Assembly: GCA_036149055.1 (NCBI GenBank)
Contig: JAYZQJ010000074.1
Span: 1-64,000, forward strand
Source: Myxococcota bacterium
Lineage (GTDB): Bacteria; Myxococcota_A; Polyangia; Polyangiales; Sandaracinaceae
DNA: 64,000 bases
Direction: 5' to 3'
The notes under the pieces were generated by a model. It was not told the DNA's origin, searched no databases, and saw only the letters and a program-made list of their open reading frames with translations. Positions 53,043-63,585 of this stretch are shown here, in pieces. Numbering within the stretch: the first letter of the stretch is position 1; the number at the start of each line of letters is the position of its first letter. The position numbers and the translations under genes were made by a program.

Positions 53043-54974
53043 TCAGAAGATCGGCGGCTCGCCGACGCTCTCGGTGGTCCAGACGGCGATGTGGTTGGAC
53101 GTCGCGAGGTCCTGGAAGGGGAGCGCGAAGGCGGCGTGGCTCGGGTCCTCGCCGCGCGCGGCCGCCTCCGGCTCGACGGCGGTCATCCAGAGCCACGTCC
53201 CCCGGTCGCTCTCGCCCGAGCTGCTGCTCGGGGTCTCGCGGAGGCCGTAGCGGCGAGTGCTGGAGAAGCTGACCCACATCACCCGCGTGCTGCCCAGGTC
53301 GCCGCTGCCGAGCACGAACTCGAAGGGCGCGAAGCGCGGGAAGGTGTTGGCGAGGTCGTCGGTCTCGTCGAGCGCGCCGCGCGCCTGGGCGCGGGCCAGC
53401 CGGACCGGGGCGCCGCCGTCGCGCCCGATCGCCCAGATGGTCGCCGTCGGGTCGGTGTCCGCGTTGCAGTCCCCCGAGGCGACGTCGCCGCCCGGGCACA
53501 CGCTCTCGTCGAACAGGAGGAAGCTCGAGTCGACGGCCCAGGCCGGGTTGTACCGGTTGAGGCCGTCGCCGCGCTCCACGAGGGTGACCGGCGCGCTCCA
53601 CCCGTCCCCCTCGCGGGCCACGTAGGCGATGGCGCCGTGGCCGGGGCGCTGCGAGGTGCGGTGGTGACCCACGTCGGTGAAGGCGATGCGGCTTCCGTCG
53701 GGGGACCAGTCGGGGTGGCTGGCCTCGCGCCCCCCGAGGTCGATGCGGCCGGTCTGCTGTCCACAGGTGTCGAGGCTCGCGGCGTCGCAGCGGGTGTCGA
53801 AGAGGAAGAGGTCCCCGAAGCCCTCGCGACCGGTGTCGTCGCCGTAGACCCCGACCAGCGAGTCGCCGTCGGGAGCGAAGGCCGCGAACTGCAGGATGTG
53901 GTCGTCGTCCGACGAGGCGTTGAAGACCGGGGTGAACGACTCGAGATCCATGAGGATCATGCCGCCGCGGTTCTGGCCGCCCACCGATCCGACCAGCTTG
54001 CGCCCGTCGCGCGACAGCGCGTGGCAGCCGACGCAGCGCCCGTTCTCGGCCAGCTCGGGGCCCATCACCCGCTCGGCCGCGTCGGCGCCCGCGCCGAAGT
54101 CGTAGCGCATGATCCGGCCCCCCTCGGAGACGGTCCAGTAGTAGATGGTGCCGCTGAGCGGGTCGCGCCCGAAGCGCATCTCGAAGGCGCTCGACGCGCC
54201 CACCGCGCTCCCCTCGTCGTCGGTGCCCCGCACGGTCACCCGGAGCGGCGCGCCGCCGGCGTTCGTGTCGGCGATCCACGTCCACTGGGCGCCCGCCGGC
54301 TCCCAGACGCAGCCGTCCTCGCGCACCCCCTCCGGGCGCTCACAGCGCACGTGGGCGCGCACGTCCGTGAGGTCGTTCTCGAAGGCCACCTCGAAGAGGG
54401 TGTTGGCCTCGCTCCCACGCAGCCAGTGCACCTCCACCCGCCCGAGGTTCGGCGGCAAGACCACGCCGTCGTTCGGGTAGACCAGGGTGGGAGCGCGCGC
54501 CGGATCCTCCGGGCCCCCGAAGAGCGCGCCCGGCTCGTCGGGGATGGGCGCGCCGTCCGCCGGGGGCACGGACACCGTCTGCCGGAGCTGCACCGTCACG
54601 GAGGTCTCGGCGTACACGTCGCCGGCCGTCGCCTCGACCACGCCGCGCCCACCGACGCTGGTGCCGGTGGTGAAGACGTTGGCGCGGAAGGTGCCGAGGC
54701 GCCGGAGGGACCGCAGGCCCCAGCTCACTCGGGGCGTGACGTCGGCCTCGGTGCCGTCCTCGAAGGCGCCGATGGCGGTGTAGGTCTGCGTCGCCTGCAC
54801 CCCGCCCTCGACCACCAGCCGCGCGTCGGCGGGCTCGATGCGCATCGAGACGAGGCCCTCGATGGGCGGCGGGGCCCCGTCGAACAGCGGCTCTCCGCCG
54901 TCGCCGTAGAGCGCCGGGTCGCCCGCGCAGTCGCAGCCGGAGACGAAGAGGAGGAGGAGGCAGAGGCGTCGCAC
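53043..54974 (-). CDS. Lipoprotein with an Ig-like N-terminus and a TolB/PD40-like beta-propeller
   Basis: VSGC lipobox, 'HPDWSPDGSRIAF', 'NPAW', 'FPRFAP' and one CVGCH motif. Confidence 0.75.
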   Translation of the reverse strand: MRRLCLLLLFVSGCDCAGDPALYGDGGEPLFDGAPPPIEGLVSMRIEPADARLVVEGGVQATQTYTAIGAFEDGTEADVTPRVSWGLRSLRRLGTFRANVFTTGTSVGGRGVVEATAGDVYAETSVTVQLRQTVSVPPADGAPIPDEPGALFGGPEDPARAPTLVYPNDGVVLPPNLGRVEVHWLRGSEANTLFEVAFENDLTDVRAHVRCERPEGVREDGCVWEPAGAQWTWIADTNAGGAPLRVTVRGTDDEGSAVGASSAFEMRFGRDPLSGTIYYWTVSEGGRIMRYDFGAGADAAERVMGPELAENGRCVGCHALSRDGRKLVGSVGGQNRGGMILMDLESFTPVFNASSDDDHILQFAAFAPDGDSLVGVYGDDTGREGFGDLFLFDTRCDAASLDTCGQQTGRIDLGGREASHPDWSPDGSRIAFTDVGHHRTSQRPGHGAIAYVAREGDGWSAPVTLVERGDGLNRYNPAWAVDSSFLLFDESVCPGGDVASGDCNADTDPTATIWAIGRDGGAPVRLARAQARGALDETDDLANTFPRFAPFEFVLGSGDLGSTRVMWVSFSSTRRYGLRETPSSSSGESDRGTWLWMTAVEPEAAARGEDPSHAAFALPFQDLATSNHIAVWTTESVGEPPIF

Positions 54975-55098
54975 GCAGGCAGCTTTCCACGGTGCGCGCT
55001 GGCTGAGAAGTCGGGGCCCGCCCGACGTTGTCTCGCGCCCCGGGAGCCGGTATGAAGCGCGCTTCGCGGCGGAGCCGCGTGCCGTACGGGGGGCGTCC

Positions 55099-55824
55099 AT
55101 GGAGCGAGCGCTGCGGGTGTTGTTGATCCAGGTCCGGGACGCGGACGATCCGATGCGGGAGCACGAGCTCGAGTGCTTCGCGACCCGCACCCGGCTGCGC
55201 CGCGAGGCGTTCGGGGTCTGGGACGCGGTCGGGCGCTCGCCGACCCTCTCGGAGGTGCGCGGCTACGACGCCCTGATGGTCGGCGGCAGCGGCGACTACA
55301 ACGTCTCCAAGCGCAACCAGCCCGGGCTCGCCCCCCTGCTCGAGCTGCTCCGCGAGGTCTCGGCGGTCGGCCACCCGACCTTCGCCAGCTGCTACGGCTT
55401 CCAGTGCCTGGTCGCGGCCCACGGAGGCGAGGTCGTGCACGACGAGGCCCGGACCGAGGTGGGGACCTACGAGATGGAGCTCACCGACGCGGGGCGCGCC
55501 GACCCGGTGCTCGGCTCCCTCCCGCCCCGCTTCGAGGCGCAGCAGGGTCACAAGGACCACGCCGACCGGCTCCCCGACGGCTTCGAGAACCTGGCGCGGA
55601 GCGAGCGCTCGCCGCTCCAGGCGGTGCGGGTGCCCGGGCAGCCGGTGTGGGGCGTGCAGTTCCACCCGGAGCTCGATCACGTCGCCAACCGTCGGCGCTA
55701 CGAGCACTACCTCGACGCCTACTCCGCCGGCATGACCGCGGAGGAGCGGGCCCGGGCGCTCGACCGCTTCCGGCCGAGCCCCCAGGCGTCCGAGCTGCTG
55801 CGGGCCTTCCTCGCGCTGGTGTAG
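55099..55824 (+). CDS. Type 1 glutamine amidotransferase-like protein
   Basis: 'SCYGFQ' nucleophile elbow and 'VQFHPE'. Confidence 0.88.
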   Translation: MERALRVLLIQVRDADDPMREHELECFATRTRLRREAFGVWDAVGRSPTLSEVRGYDALMVGGSGDYNVSKRNQPGLAPLLELLREVSAVGHPTFASCYGFQCLVAAHGGEVVHDEARTEVGTYEMELTDAGRADPVLGSLPPRFEAQQGHKDHADRLPDGFENLARSERSPLQAVRVPGQPVWGVQFHPELDHVANRRRYEHYLDAYSAGMTAEERARALDRFRPSPQASELLRAFLALV

Positions 55825-55831
55825 CCGGCGT

Positions 55832-55870
55832 TTAGGAAACTCTGAGGATCCCGTAGGGAACACTTAGGAA
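55832..55870 (+). promoter_or_regulatory. Four phased heptamer direct repeats (candidate wHTH regulator site)
   Basis: TTAGGAA (55832), TGAGGAT (55843), TAGGGAA (55854) and TTAGGAA (55864), with spacing 11/11/10. Confidence 0.6.
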
Positions 55871-55946
55871 GCGCGGGCCGGAGGCATCGCTAGCTTCCAG
55901 GTCGAGAGGCGCGCCCGGTGGCGACGCCTCCCCTGGAGAGCCGATC

Positions 55947-57053
55947 ATGCGCCCCTCCCCCACCGCGCCGACCCCGGCGACGGCGCCCGCGCCCCTGCGC
56001 CCGCCCCCGCTCCGCGCCGCCTTCGCCCTGTACGTCTGCGGCGCCGCGCTCGTGCTCGGGTCGCTGACCGCGTGCCGGCCCGAGGTCACGGCGCCGGTCC
56101 GAGCGCCCGGGGCGCCGAAGCCGCCGCCCGAGCGGCTCGAGGACACCGGCCTGGCGCGCGCCGCCCTGCTGTCCTTCTCGCCGCAGTACCCGCTCTGGAC
56201 CGACGGCGCCGACAAGCGCCGCTGGATCGCGCTGCCGCCGGGGACCTCGATCGACGCCAGCGACCCCGACGACTGGCGCTTCCCCCCGGGCACCCGCCTC
56301 TGGAAGGAATTCTCCTTCGGCGGCCGCCCGGTCGAGACCCGGTACATGGAGGCGCGGTCGGACGGCTCGTGGAGCTACGCGACCTACGTCCACGGCGAGG
56401 ACGGCGTCGCGCGGCGGGCCCCCGACCGCGGCGTGCCCGAGGGCGTGCCGGTCGCGGGCGGCGCGGGCCGACACGTGATCCCCGGCCAGGCCGACTGCGT
56501 GTCGTGCCACGAGGGGCGCCCGAGCCCGGTGCTCGGCTTCAGCCTGCTCCAGCTCTCGGGCGATCGGGACCCGAACGCGCCTCACGCCGCCTTCGGACCG
56601 GAGGACGTGAGCGTCGCCGCGCTCGTCCGGACCGGCCGGCTCCGGCGATTGCCTCCGACGCTGGTCGCGCCGCGGGTGGAGGCGTCGTCGCCCACCGAGC
56701 GGGCCGCGCTCGGCTACCTGCACGGCAACTGCGGCGGCTGCCACAACGACGTGGGGCCGCTCGCGCCGCTGGGCATGGTGCTCGCCCAGTCGTTCGGCCG
56801 GCCGCGCCCGGTGCAAGGCACGCTGCTCGCGCGGGAGAGCCGCTTCCGGCTCTGGGACCGCCCCGACGCCGTGCATCGGGTCCACGCAGGCGAGCCCGAG
56901 CGCAGCGTGCTGCTGCACCGGCTGCGCTCCCGTGACCCGAACACCCAGATGCCGCCCGTGGGCTCCCTCGTCGCCGACGAGGAGGCCGCGGCGCTGCTCG
57001 AGCGATGGATCCGCGACCTGCCCGGTGGCCGGCTCGTGGGCCTCCACAACTGA
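55947..57053 (+). CDS. Di-heme c-type cytochrome lipoprotein (SO2930-like)
   Basis: 'PLWTDGADKRRWIALP', 'FPPGTRLWKEF', CVSCH, 'YLHGNCGGCH' and 'QMPP'. Confidence 0.8.
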   Translation: MRPSPTAPTPATAPAPLRPPPLRAAFALYVCGAALVLGSLTACRPEVTAPVRAPGAPKPPPERLEDTGLARAALLSFSPQYPLWTDGADKRRWIALPPGTSIDASDPDDWRFPPGTRLWKEFSFGGRPVETRYMEARSDGSWSYATYVHGEDGVARRAPDRGVPEGVPVAGGAGRHVIPGQADCVSCHEGRPSPVLGFSLLQLSGDRDPNAPHAAFGPEDVSVAALVRTGRLRRLPPTLVAPRVEASSPTERAALGYLHGNCGGCHNDVGPLAPLGMVLAQSFGRPRPVQGTLLARESRFRLWDRPDAVHRVHAGEPERSVLLHRLRSRDPNTQMPPVGSLVADEEAAALLERWIRDLPGGRLVGLHN

Positions 57054-57065
57054 AGAGAGAACGCC

Positions 57066-57644
57066 ATGACCCGCCACGCGATCATCCCCCTTTCGCTGCT
57101 CCTCCTCCTGCTCGCCGGCTGCCAGGAGGCGCCCGCCCCCGCCGAGGCCGCGCCGGCGATCGCCACCCTCAGCCCGGTCGAGCGCGGGCAGTACCTCGTC
57201 GACGTCGGCGGCTGCCACGACTGCCACACGCCGTGGACCATGCAGGAGAACGGCCCCGGCCCGGACCTCACCCGGGCGCTCTCGGGCCACCCCGCCGACC
57301 TGGAGATGCCCGACCCGCCCGCGCCGGTGGGGCCGTGGATCGTCGCGTCGGCGGCGACCAACACCGCGCACGCCGGCCCCTGGGGCGTGAGCTTCACCGC
57401 CAACCTCACCCCGCACGACGAGACCGGCCTCGGCACCTGGACGACCGAGACCTTCATCGCGACCATCCGGAACGGTCGGCACATGGGCCGCGGTCGACCG
57501 CTCCTCCCGCCGATGCCGTACTTCAACTACGCGAAGGCGACCGACGAGGACCTCGCGGCCATCTTCGCCTACCTGCAGACGGTGCCGGCCATCGACAACC
57601 GCGTCCCGTCGCCGCGCCCCCCGCGCCTGGCCCAGGCGCAGTGA
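57066..57644 (+). CDS. c-type cytochrome lipoprotein
   Basis: LAGC lipobox, 'ERGQYLV..GCHDCHTP', 'NLTP..ETGLG' and 'PPMP'. Confidence 0.88.
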   Translation: MTRHAIIPLSLLLLLLAGCQEAPAPAEAAPAIATLSPVERGQYLVDVGGCHDCHTPWTMQENGPGPDLTRALSGHPADLEMPDPPAPVGPWIVASAATNTAHAGPWGVSFTANLTPHDETGLGTWTTETFIATIRNGRHMGRGRPLLPPMPYFNYAKATDEDLAAIFAYLQTVPAIDNRVPSPRPPRLAQAQ

Positions 57645-57646
57645 GG

Positions 57647-59068
57647 TCAGCCGCTCGCGTCGAGCCGCTCCTCGAGGGAGAGGTCGCAGTCGAGCTCGAC
57701 CCCGAAGCGGCCGCGGGCCCGGCGCACGAGCCGCACGTCGGGGCACTTCTGCTCGAGGCGCTTGCGGAGCAGGATGAGCCGGCTCTCGAGGTTGTCCTTC
57801 ACCGGCGGCAGCCCGAGGGTCGGGTCGAGGCGGAGCTCGCGGTTCGTGAACTCCGTCCGGCCCGACCCGCGCAGCTCGGTGAGCAGCTTCCAGAGGATGC
57901 GCCCGGGCACGTTCCGGATGAGATACTCGCCGTCCACGAACACGCAGTCGTCGTTGCGATAGAAGACGAATCTGCGCACCGGCAGGCCCCGCGGACAGGG
58001 CGCGTGCTCCGCCTCCGCGAGCCGGTCGATGCCGGCCGCGACCTGGTCGGCGACCACCCCGAGGAACGCCTCGTGCCAGCTCTCGAAGCAGCTCCCGCTC
58101 CGCGACTCGAAGGCGAGCACGCCGACGAGGCGCTGCCCCACCTGGAGCGGCAGCGCGAGCTGACTCTGGGCGTCCGGGAGGCCGGGGAGCGGGACCGGCG
58201 GCGCGAAGCTCTTGCGCCCCTCGGCCTCCTCGCCCGCCCGGGCGGCGAGCCCGTAGCGGAGCGCGCCCTCGAGCTGCCCCACCCGCAGCACCCGGCGCTC
58301 GGCCGCGACCGTGCCGACGAGCCCGTCGCCGAGCGCGACCTCCGAGCCCACGCCGTCGTCGTCGTAGCCGTGGCTGGCGACGGTGAAGAGGCGGCGCTCG
58401 CCCTCGTCCCACAGCAGCACCATCGAGTGCGCGAAGCCGAAGTCGACGGCCAGCCGGTCGAGCACGCCGTCGAGCAGCTCGTCGAGCTCGGTCGCGCAGG
58501 CCAGCTGATGGGAGAGGCGCTGCAGCGCCCAGAGCTCCTCGCGCGCCTCGGGCGGCCGGGCGAGCTGATCGGCGCTGTCCAGCTCCTCGCCCTCGCAGGT
58601 CGCCTCGGGCTCGGGGGGCGCCAGGTGGCTCGTGACCTCCACGACGTCGTCGACCACGAACAGATCCGCCGCCTGCAGCTTGAAGATCCCCTTCATGCCG
58701 GTGTGCGAGGCGATGGCCTCGATGCGCACCGCCATCTCGTCGAACAGCGGCCCGTCGGTCTGCGACGCGAGGAAGCGCGCCCGGATGCGGTAGATGGTGA
58801 AGTCGACGGGGTCCCACAGCGAGACGAGGACCGCCGGGTTCTCGAGCACGTTGCGCGTGGTCTTGTTGAAGAACTGCCGGGAGAGGGCGACGTGCCGGTC
58901 GTCCACCCGGTAGACCTGGCTGAGCACGGCGACGTTCGGCACGCCGTTCGCCGAGCAGGTGGCCACCGTCGCCGGCACGATCCCGTCGAACAGGCGCGAC
59001 GGAAGGCGGGCGAGGGACGCGCGGGCCACCCCGGTCACAGCCTCCCCGGTCACAGCCACCCCGGTCAC
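57647..59068 (-). CDS. Putative one-component regulator (PNPOx-like FMN-binding + GAF + C-terminal winged helix)
   Basis: 'ATCSANGVPN...FFNKTTRNVLENP', a central GAF domain, and C-terminal 'FTNRELRLD...NLESRLILLRKRL...RGRF'. GTGA overlap with the upstream gene. Confidence 0.8.
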   Translation of the reverse strand: MTGVAVTGEAVTGVARASLARLPSRLFDGIVPATVATCSANGVPNVAVLSQVYRVDDRHVALSRQFFNKTTRNVLENPAVLVSLWDPVDFTIYRIRARFLASQTDGPLFDEMAVRIEAIASHTGMKGIFKLQAADLFVVDDVVEVTSHLAPPEPEATCEGEELDSADQLARPPEAREELWALQRLSHQLACATELDELLDGVLDRLAVDFGFAHSMVLLWDEGERRLFTVASHGYDDDGVGSEVALGDGLVGTVAAERRVLRVGQLEGALRYGLAARAGEEAEGRKSFAPPVPLPGLPDAQSQLALPLQVGQRLVGVLAFESRSGSCFESWHEAFLGVVADQVAAGIDRLAEAEHAPCPRGLPVRRFVFYRNDDCVFVDGEYLIRNVPGRILWKLLTELRGSGRTEFTNRELRLDPTLGLPPVKDNLESRLILLRKRLEQKCPDVRLVRRARGRFGVELDCDLSLEERLDASG

Positions 59069-59070
59069 AG
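59026..59070. repeat. 15-bp tandem repeat x3 spanning the regulator start codon
   Basis: CCCCGGTCACAG recurs three times with period 15, giving three in-frame GTG codons. Confidence 0.8.
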
Positions 59071-59547
59071 GGGCTCTCCCGCGCTCGGCCCGGGCGTCTG
59101 CTCGAACATCGAGGCCACCCGAAAGCGCACCGCCACGCACGGCCAGCTCACCAGCCGGGCGCTCACCGAGCGCGGGATGCCGACCTTGGCGAACGCCGCC
59201 TCGCGCCGCTCGAGCAGCCCGTCGAGGAAGCGGCGGTCGTCGTCGGTGGCGTCCCTCAGCGCGACCAGCCGCCCCTTGAGCTGCATGGAGCGGTCGTCGG
59301 TCACCCGGGAGACGCTGAGCGCGACCTCGCCGTTGTGGGCCGCGTTGGCGCGGGTCGCCTGGGCGAAGACCGAGGGCACGTAGGCCTCGAGGGTTCCATC
59401 CGGCAGGACCCGCGCGCCCGCGGCGAGCACGGCCTCGGGCACCCGCTCCGGATCGCGGGTGCCGAGGAACATGATCAATCCGTCCTGGAGGAACGAGGCG
59501 ACCTCGGACGGGATGACGAGGTCCGTTCCGGCTTCGGTGCCGCGCAT
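59065..59547 (-). CDS. Pyridoxamine 5'-phosphate oxidase-like FMN-binding protein
   Basis: 'FLGTRD...P', 'TRANAAHNG', 'SMQLKG' and 'FEQTPGP.AG'. Confidence 0.75.
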   Translation of the reverse strand: MRGTEAGTDLVIPSEVASFLQDGLIMFLGTRDPERVPEAVLAAGARVLPDGTLEAYVPSVFAQATRANAAHNGEVALSVSRVTDDRSMQLKGRLVALRDATDDDRRFLDGLLERREAAFAKVGIPRSVSARLVSWPCVAVRFRVASMFEQTPGPSAGEPL

Positions 59548-59595
59548 GATGACGACGCGGCCAAGATAACCCCGCCCGGGCCCCCGGGCGATAGC

Positions 59596-60234
<639 letters not shown>

Positions 60235-60351
60235 GTCAGTCCTCCCTCTGTGCGGTGTGAGCTGTCGGTGTATGCGGGAGGACAGATCTGGTCCCGCGCG
60301 GCGTCGACGTCTGTGACCTTTCTCCGCCGCCGGGACCGGAATCTTCCGGCT

Positions 60352-60690
60352 TCAGGATCCGCGGTAGGTCGAGTAGCCGAACGGGCTGAGGAGCAGCGGC
60401 ACGTGATAGTGCTCGTCGGCGCTCTTCACCCGGAACTCGATCTGCACGCTCGGGTAGAAGGTCGGCTCGCCCGCGTAGTAGGCGCCGGTGTCGAAGGAGA
60501 TGCGGAAGACGCCGGGCTCGAGGGCGCCGGGCTCCATCAGGTCGGTGATGCGGCCGTCGTCGTCGGTCTCGCCGCTGCCCACCTCGCGGAAGGCGCCGCC
60601 GTCCTTGCGCTCGAGGGTGACGGGCACGCCCCGCGCGGGGCGACCGGAGGCGGTGTCGAGGACGTGGGTGGTGATCGGGCTCTTGCTCAT
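60352..60690 (-). CDS. uraH: 5-hydroxyisourate hydrolase
   Basis: 'TTHVLDTASGRPA', 'HYHVPLLLSPFGYSTYRGS' (C-terminal YRGS). Confidence 0.95.
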   Translation of the reverse strand: MSKSPITTHVLDTASGRPARGVPVTLERKDGGAFREVGSGETDDDGRITDLMEPGALEPGVFRISFDTGAYYAGEPTFYPSVQIEFRVKSADEHYHVPLLLSPFGYSTYRGS

Positions 60691-61187
60691 GATTCGTCCA
60701 GAAGCTTGTGGAGCCGAAGCTCGGTGATCTTCATCTGCTCGGCCGCCGCCACGGCGAGCTCTTCGTCGGGGTCGTTGTCCATGCGCGCCTCGAGCAGCGC
60801 GAGCATCTCCGCCGCGCTCTTGCCGGTGGCGCACACGATGAAGATGTGTCCGAAGCGCGCCTCGTAGGCGACGTTGCCGTCCCGCAGCCGCTCGAGCGTC
60901 GCCTCGTCGGCCGCGGCGGCGCCCGCCTGCTCGCCCGCCGACCAGTCCTTCGTCGCCGCGAACTTCTCGCGGAGCTTGGCGAGGTCGGCGCCGATGCGCG
61001 GGTGATGCTCGAACGCCTCGAGCACGTCGGCGCGCTCCATCGTCGCCCACACCGCGCGGGCCCGCTCGATCGGCGCGTCGCCGAGCGGGCGCGACCGGAG
61101 CATGCCCTCGACCCAGCGGGAGGCGCCGCAGCAGCGGGTCAGCGCCGCGCGGGCCTCGGGCTCGCTCATCGCGTCGAGCGCGCTCAC
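60687..61187 (-). CDS. uraD: OHCU decarboxylase
   Basis: 'HHPRIG', 'SAGEQAG', 'N.AYEARFGHIFIVCA' and 'EQMKITELRL'. Confidence 0.92.
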   Translation of the reverse strand: MSALDAMSEPEARAALTRCCGASRWVEGMLRSRPLGDAPIERARAVWATMERADVLEAFEHHPRIGADLAKLREKFAATKDWSAGEQAGAAAADEATLERLRDGNVAYEARFGHIFIVCATGKSAAEMLALLEARMDNDPDEELAVAAAEQMKITELRLHKLLDES

Positions 61188-62188
61188 GTCGGCTTCCCGA
61201 ACAACCTCAGCCGGCTGATGCCGCCGTCGGGATAGATGTCGAGCTTGACGTGGGTGAAGGGCCCCTTCGCCTGCAAGCCGTCCTTCACGAACCGCCGGTC
61301 GTGCGCCTCGAGCTTCGTCTCCGGGAGGAGGGTCTGCCAGTCCTCGCGCTTCACCAGCTCGGTGAGCCTCGCGCCGGGGGCGTGCACGCCGCGCAGCGCG
61401 CAGCGGTCGGGGTAGTTGCCCTTGAAGTGGTTGGTGTCGATCTCGGCGACCTCGATCACGCCGGGCGCGCCGAGGCGGATCAGGATCCAGTCGTGGCCGG
61501 GCGCGGGGCGCTTGCGCCGGGTCTCCCAGCCGCCGCCCATGTTCTCGGCGCGGCTCGGGAGGAGGAGGTTGTCCATCGGCCCGAAGAAGGCGTCGCTGCA
61601 CGCGAGCGCCTTGCCGCCGCGGTTCACCGCCGCGAGGTCCACCAGCCCGGCGGGCACGTGCTGCTCCTGCACCTCGTCGAGCGCGGAGGGCTCGCGGCTC
61701 GCGGCCACCTCGCCCCACACCTTGAGCCGCGCGACGCCGCCGTCCGGGTAGATGTGCAGGCGCACGTGATCGAAGACCTCGTCCGACGCGAGGGTGAAGA
61801 GGTTCTGCGAGCCGGGCCGCAGCGGGCTCTCGGGGAGCAGCTCCACCCAGTCCCCGTCGCCGCGGCGCGCCTCGAGGCTCGCGAACGGCGGGTGGTTGCC
61901 GAGGAAGTGGTTGGTGTCGATGTCGAGGGCCCGGATCCGACCGGGCGCCCCGAGCCGCACGACGCAGTGATCGTGGCCCTCGACGCGCTTGCGGCGGCTC
62001 TCCCAGCCGTCCATCCACTTGCCGCGGTCGGTGTAGCGGTCCGGGTCGAACACGCCCCTGCCGGGCTTCACGAGGTTGTGCATCGACGCGAAGAAGTCGT
62101 CGGTGCAGGAGATGGCCTCGCCGCCGAGCGCGCCGGCCGCGAGATCGATGAGCCCGCCGAAGCGAGCGCCTTCTTCCGGTCGGCTCAC
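61184..62188 (-). CDS. alc: Allantoicase
   Basis: Duplicated domain with 'DGWESRRKR'/'GGWETRRKR', 'DTNHFxGN' and 'IYPDGG'. Confidence 0.95.
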   Translation of the reverse strand: MSRPEEGARFGGLIDLAAGALGGEAISCTDDFFASMHNLVKPGRGVFDPDRYTDRGKWMDGWESRRKRVEGHDHCVVRLGAPGRIRALDIDTNHFLGNHPPFASLEARRGDGDWVELLPESPLRPGSQNLFTLASDEVFDHVRLHIYPDGGVARLKVWGEVAASREPSALDEVQEQHVPAGLVDLAAVNRGGKALACSDAFFGPMDNLLLPSRAENMGGGWETRRKRPAPGHDWILIRLGAPGVIEVAEIDTNHFKGNYPDRCALRGVHAPGARLTELVKREDWQTLLPETKLEAHDRRFVKDGLQAKGPFTHVKLDIYPDGGISRLRLFGKPT

Positions 62189-63522
62189 GCCGTCCCTCCA
62201 CGGTGCAAGAGAGGCCGCCCGTGCGGCCCGATCACGTCGTCGCCGTCGAAGACGACGGCGCCGCGGAGCCACGTGCGGAGCACGCGCCCGCTCAGGGTGC
62301 GGCCCAGGTAGGGCGACACCGGGTGCTTGAAGCGGAGGCCACTGGCCGTGACCTCGCGGGTGGCGTCGGGATCCCAGAGCACCAGGTCGGCGTCCAGGCC
62401 CGGCGCGATGGCGCCCTTTCGGTCGGCGACGCCGGCGAAGCGCGCGGGGCGCGCGGAGAGCCACTCGGCGACGCGCGTCACGTCGGCGCCGCGCGCGCGG
62501 GCCTCGGTCCACACGCTCGAGAGCCCGAGCGAGAGCGAGGCGATGCCGCCCCACGCGTCGATGAAGTCGCCCCGCTCGGGGACCTTGAGATGCGGCGTGC
62601 ACGGAGAGTGGTCGCTGACCACGAAGTCGATCACGCCGTCCAGGAGCCCCTGCCAGAGCCGGGCCCGGTTCTCCTCGCCGCGGATGGGCGGCGCGCACTT
62701 GTACTCGGTCGCGCCGTCGGGCACGTCCTCGGCGCGCAGGCAGAGATAGTGCGGGCAGGTCTCGACCGTCAGCGGCAGGCCCTCGCTCTTGGCGGCCTCG
62801 ATCATCGGCAGCGCGCCCGCGCTCGAGAGGTGCACCACGTGCACGGGGCAGCGGGTCTCGCGGCAGAGCTCGATGAGCATCGCGATCGCCGCGTCCTCCC
62901 ACTCCGGCGGCCGCGCCCCCAGCCAGGCGTCGTACTTGCGCGGGTCGGTGGTCGCGGGGTGCGCGTCCAGCTCGAGCTCGGCGTGGGCGAGGAGCGGGAT
63001 CGCGGCGTCTTTCATGCGCGGCATCGCGGCCCGCAGCGTCGCCTCGTCGGCCTTCGGGAAGTCGTCGATGCCGGAGTGGCAGAGGAAGGCCTTGGCCCCG
63101 AGCGCCCCTTCGGTGGCGAGCGCCGACAGGTCACCCTCGTTGCCGGGCACGACCCCGCCCCAGAACCCGACGTCGACGTGCAGCTCCCCGTCGGTCGCGT
63201 CCTTCTTCCGCAGCAGCGCGTCGCGGGTCGTGGTGACCGGGATGCAGTTGAGGGGCATGTCGACGAGGCTGGTGACGCCGCCCGCGGCCGCCGCCTGGGT
63301 GGCGGTGACGAAGCCCTCCCACTCGGTTCGCCCCGGCTCGTTGACGTGCACGTGCGTGTCGACGAGCCCGGCCATGAGCACCCCGTCGACCTCGTCCACC
63401 GGCATGCCCTCGGGCCCGGCGCCGACCGGTCGCACCTCGGCGATCCGCTCCCCCTCGATCATCACGAGGGCGGGGCGGACCCCATCGGGCGTGACCACGC
63501 GTGTGCTCTGGATGCCTCGCAT
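62185..63522 (-). CDS. allB: Allantoinase
   Basis: 'DTHVHVNEPGRTEWEGF', 'DMPLN', 'ETCPHYL', 'KCAPPIR' and 'SDHSPC'. Confidence 0.95.
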   Translation of the reverse strand: MRGIQSTRVVTPDGVRPALVMIEGERIAEVRPVGAGPEGMPVDEVDGVLMAGLVDTHVHVNEPGRTEWEGFVTATQAAAAGGVTSLVDMPLNCIPVTTTRDALLRKKDATDGELHVDVGFWGGVVPGNEGDLSALATEGALGAKAFLCHSGIDDFPKADEATLRAAMPRMKDAAIPLLAHAELELDAHPATTDPRKYDAWLGARPPEWEDAAIAMLIELCRETRCPVHVVHLSSAGALPMIEAAKSEGLPLTVETCPHYLCLRAEDVPDGATEYKCAPPIRGEENRARLWQGLLDGVIDFVVSDHSPCTPHLKVPERGDFIDAWGGIASLSLGLSSVWTEARARGADVTRVAEWLSARPARFAGVADRKGAIAPGLDADLVLWDPDATREVTASGLRFKHPVSPYLGRTLSGRVLRTWLRGAVVFDGDDVIGPHGRPLLHRGGTA

Positions 63523-63585
63523 CGGAATCGCGCTGCTTACCACGTCCCGCCCTCCTCCGCGACGCGGCCGCGAAGGTCGACCCGG

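Noticed and set aside
53043..54974. Calling the TolB-like lipoprotein a cytochrome because of CVGCH
   Set aside because: It is a single motif inside a beta-propeller context with no cytochrome-like helical domain visible.
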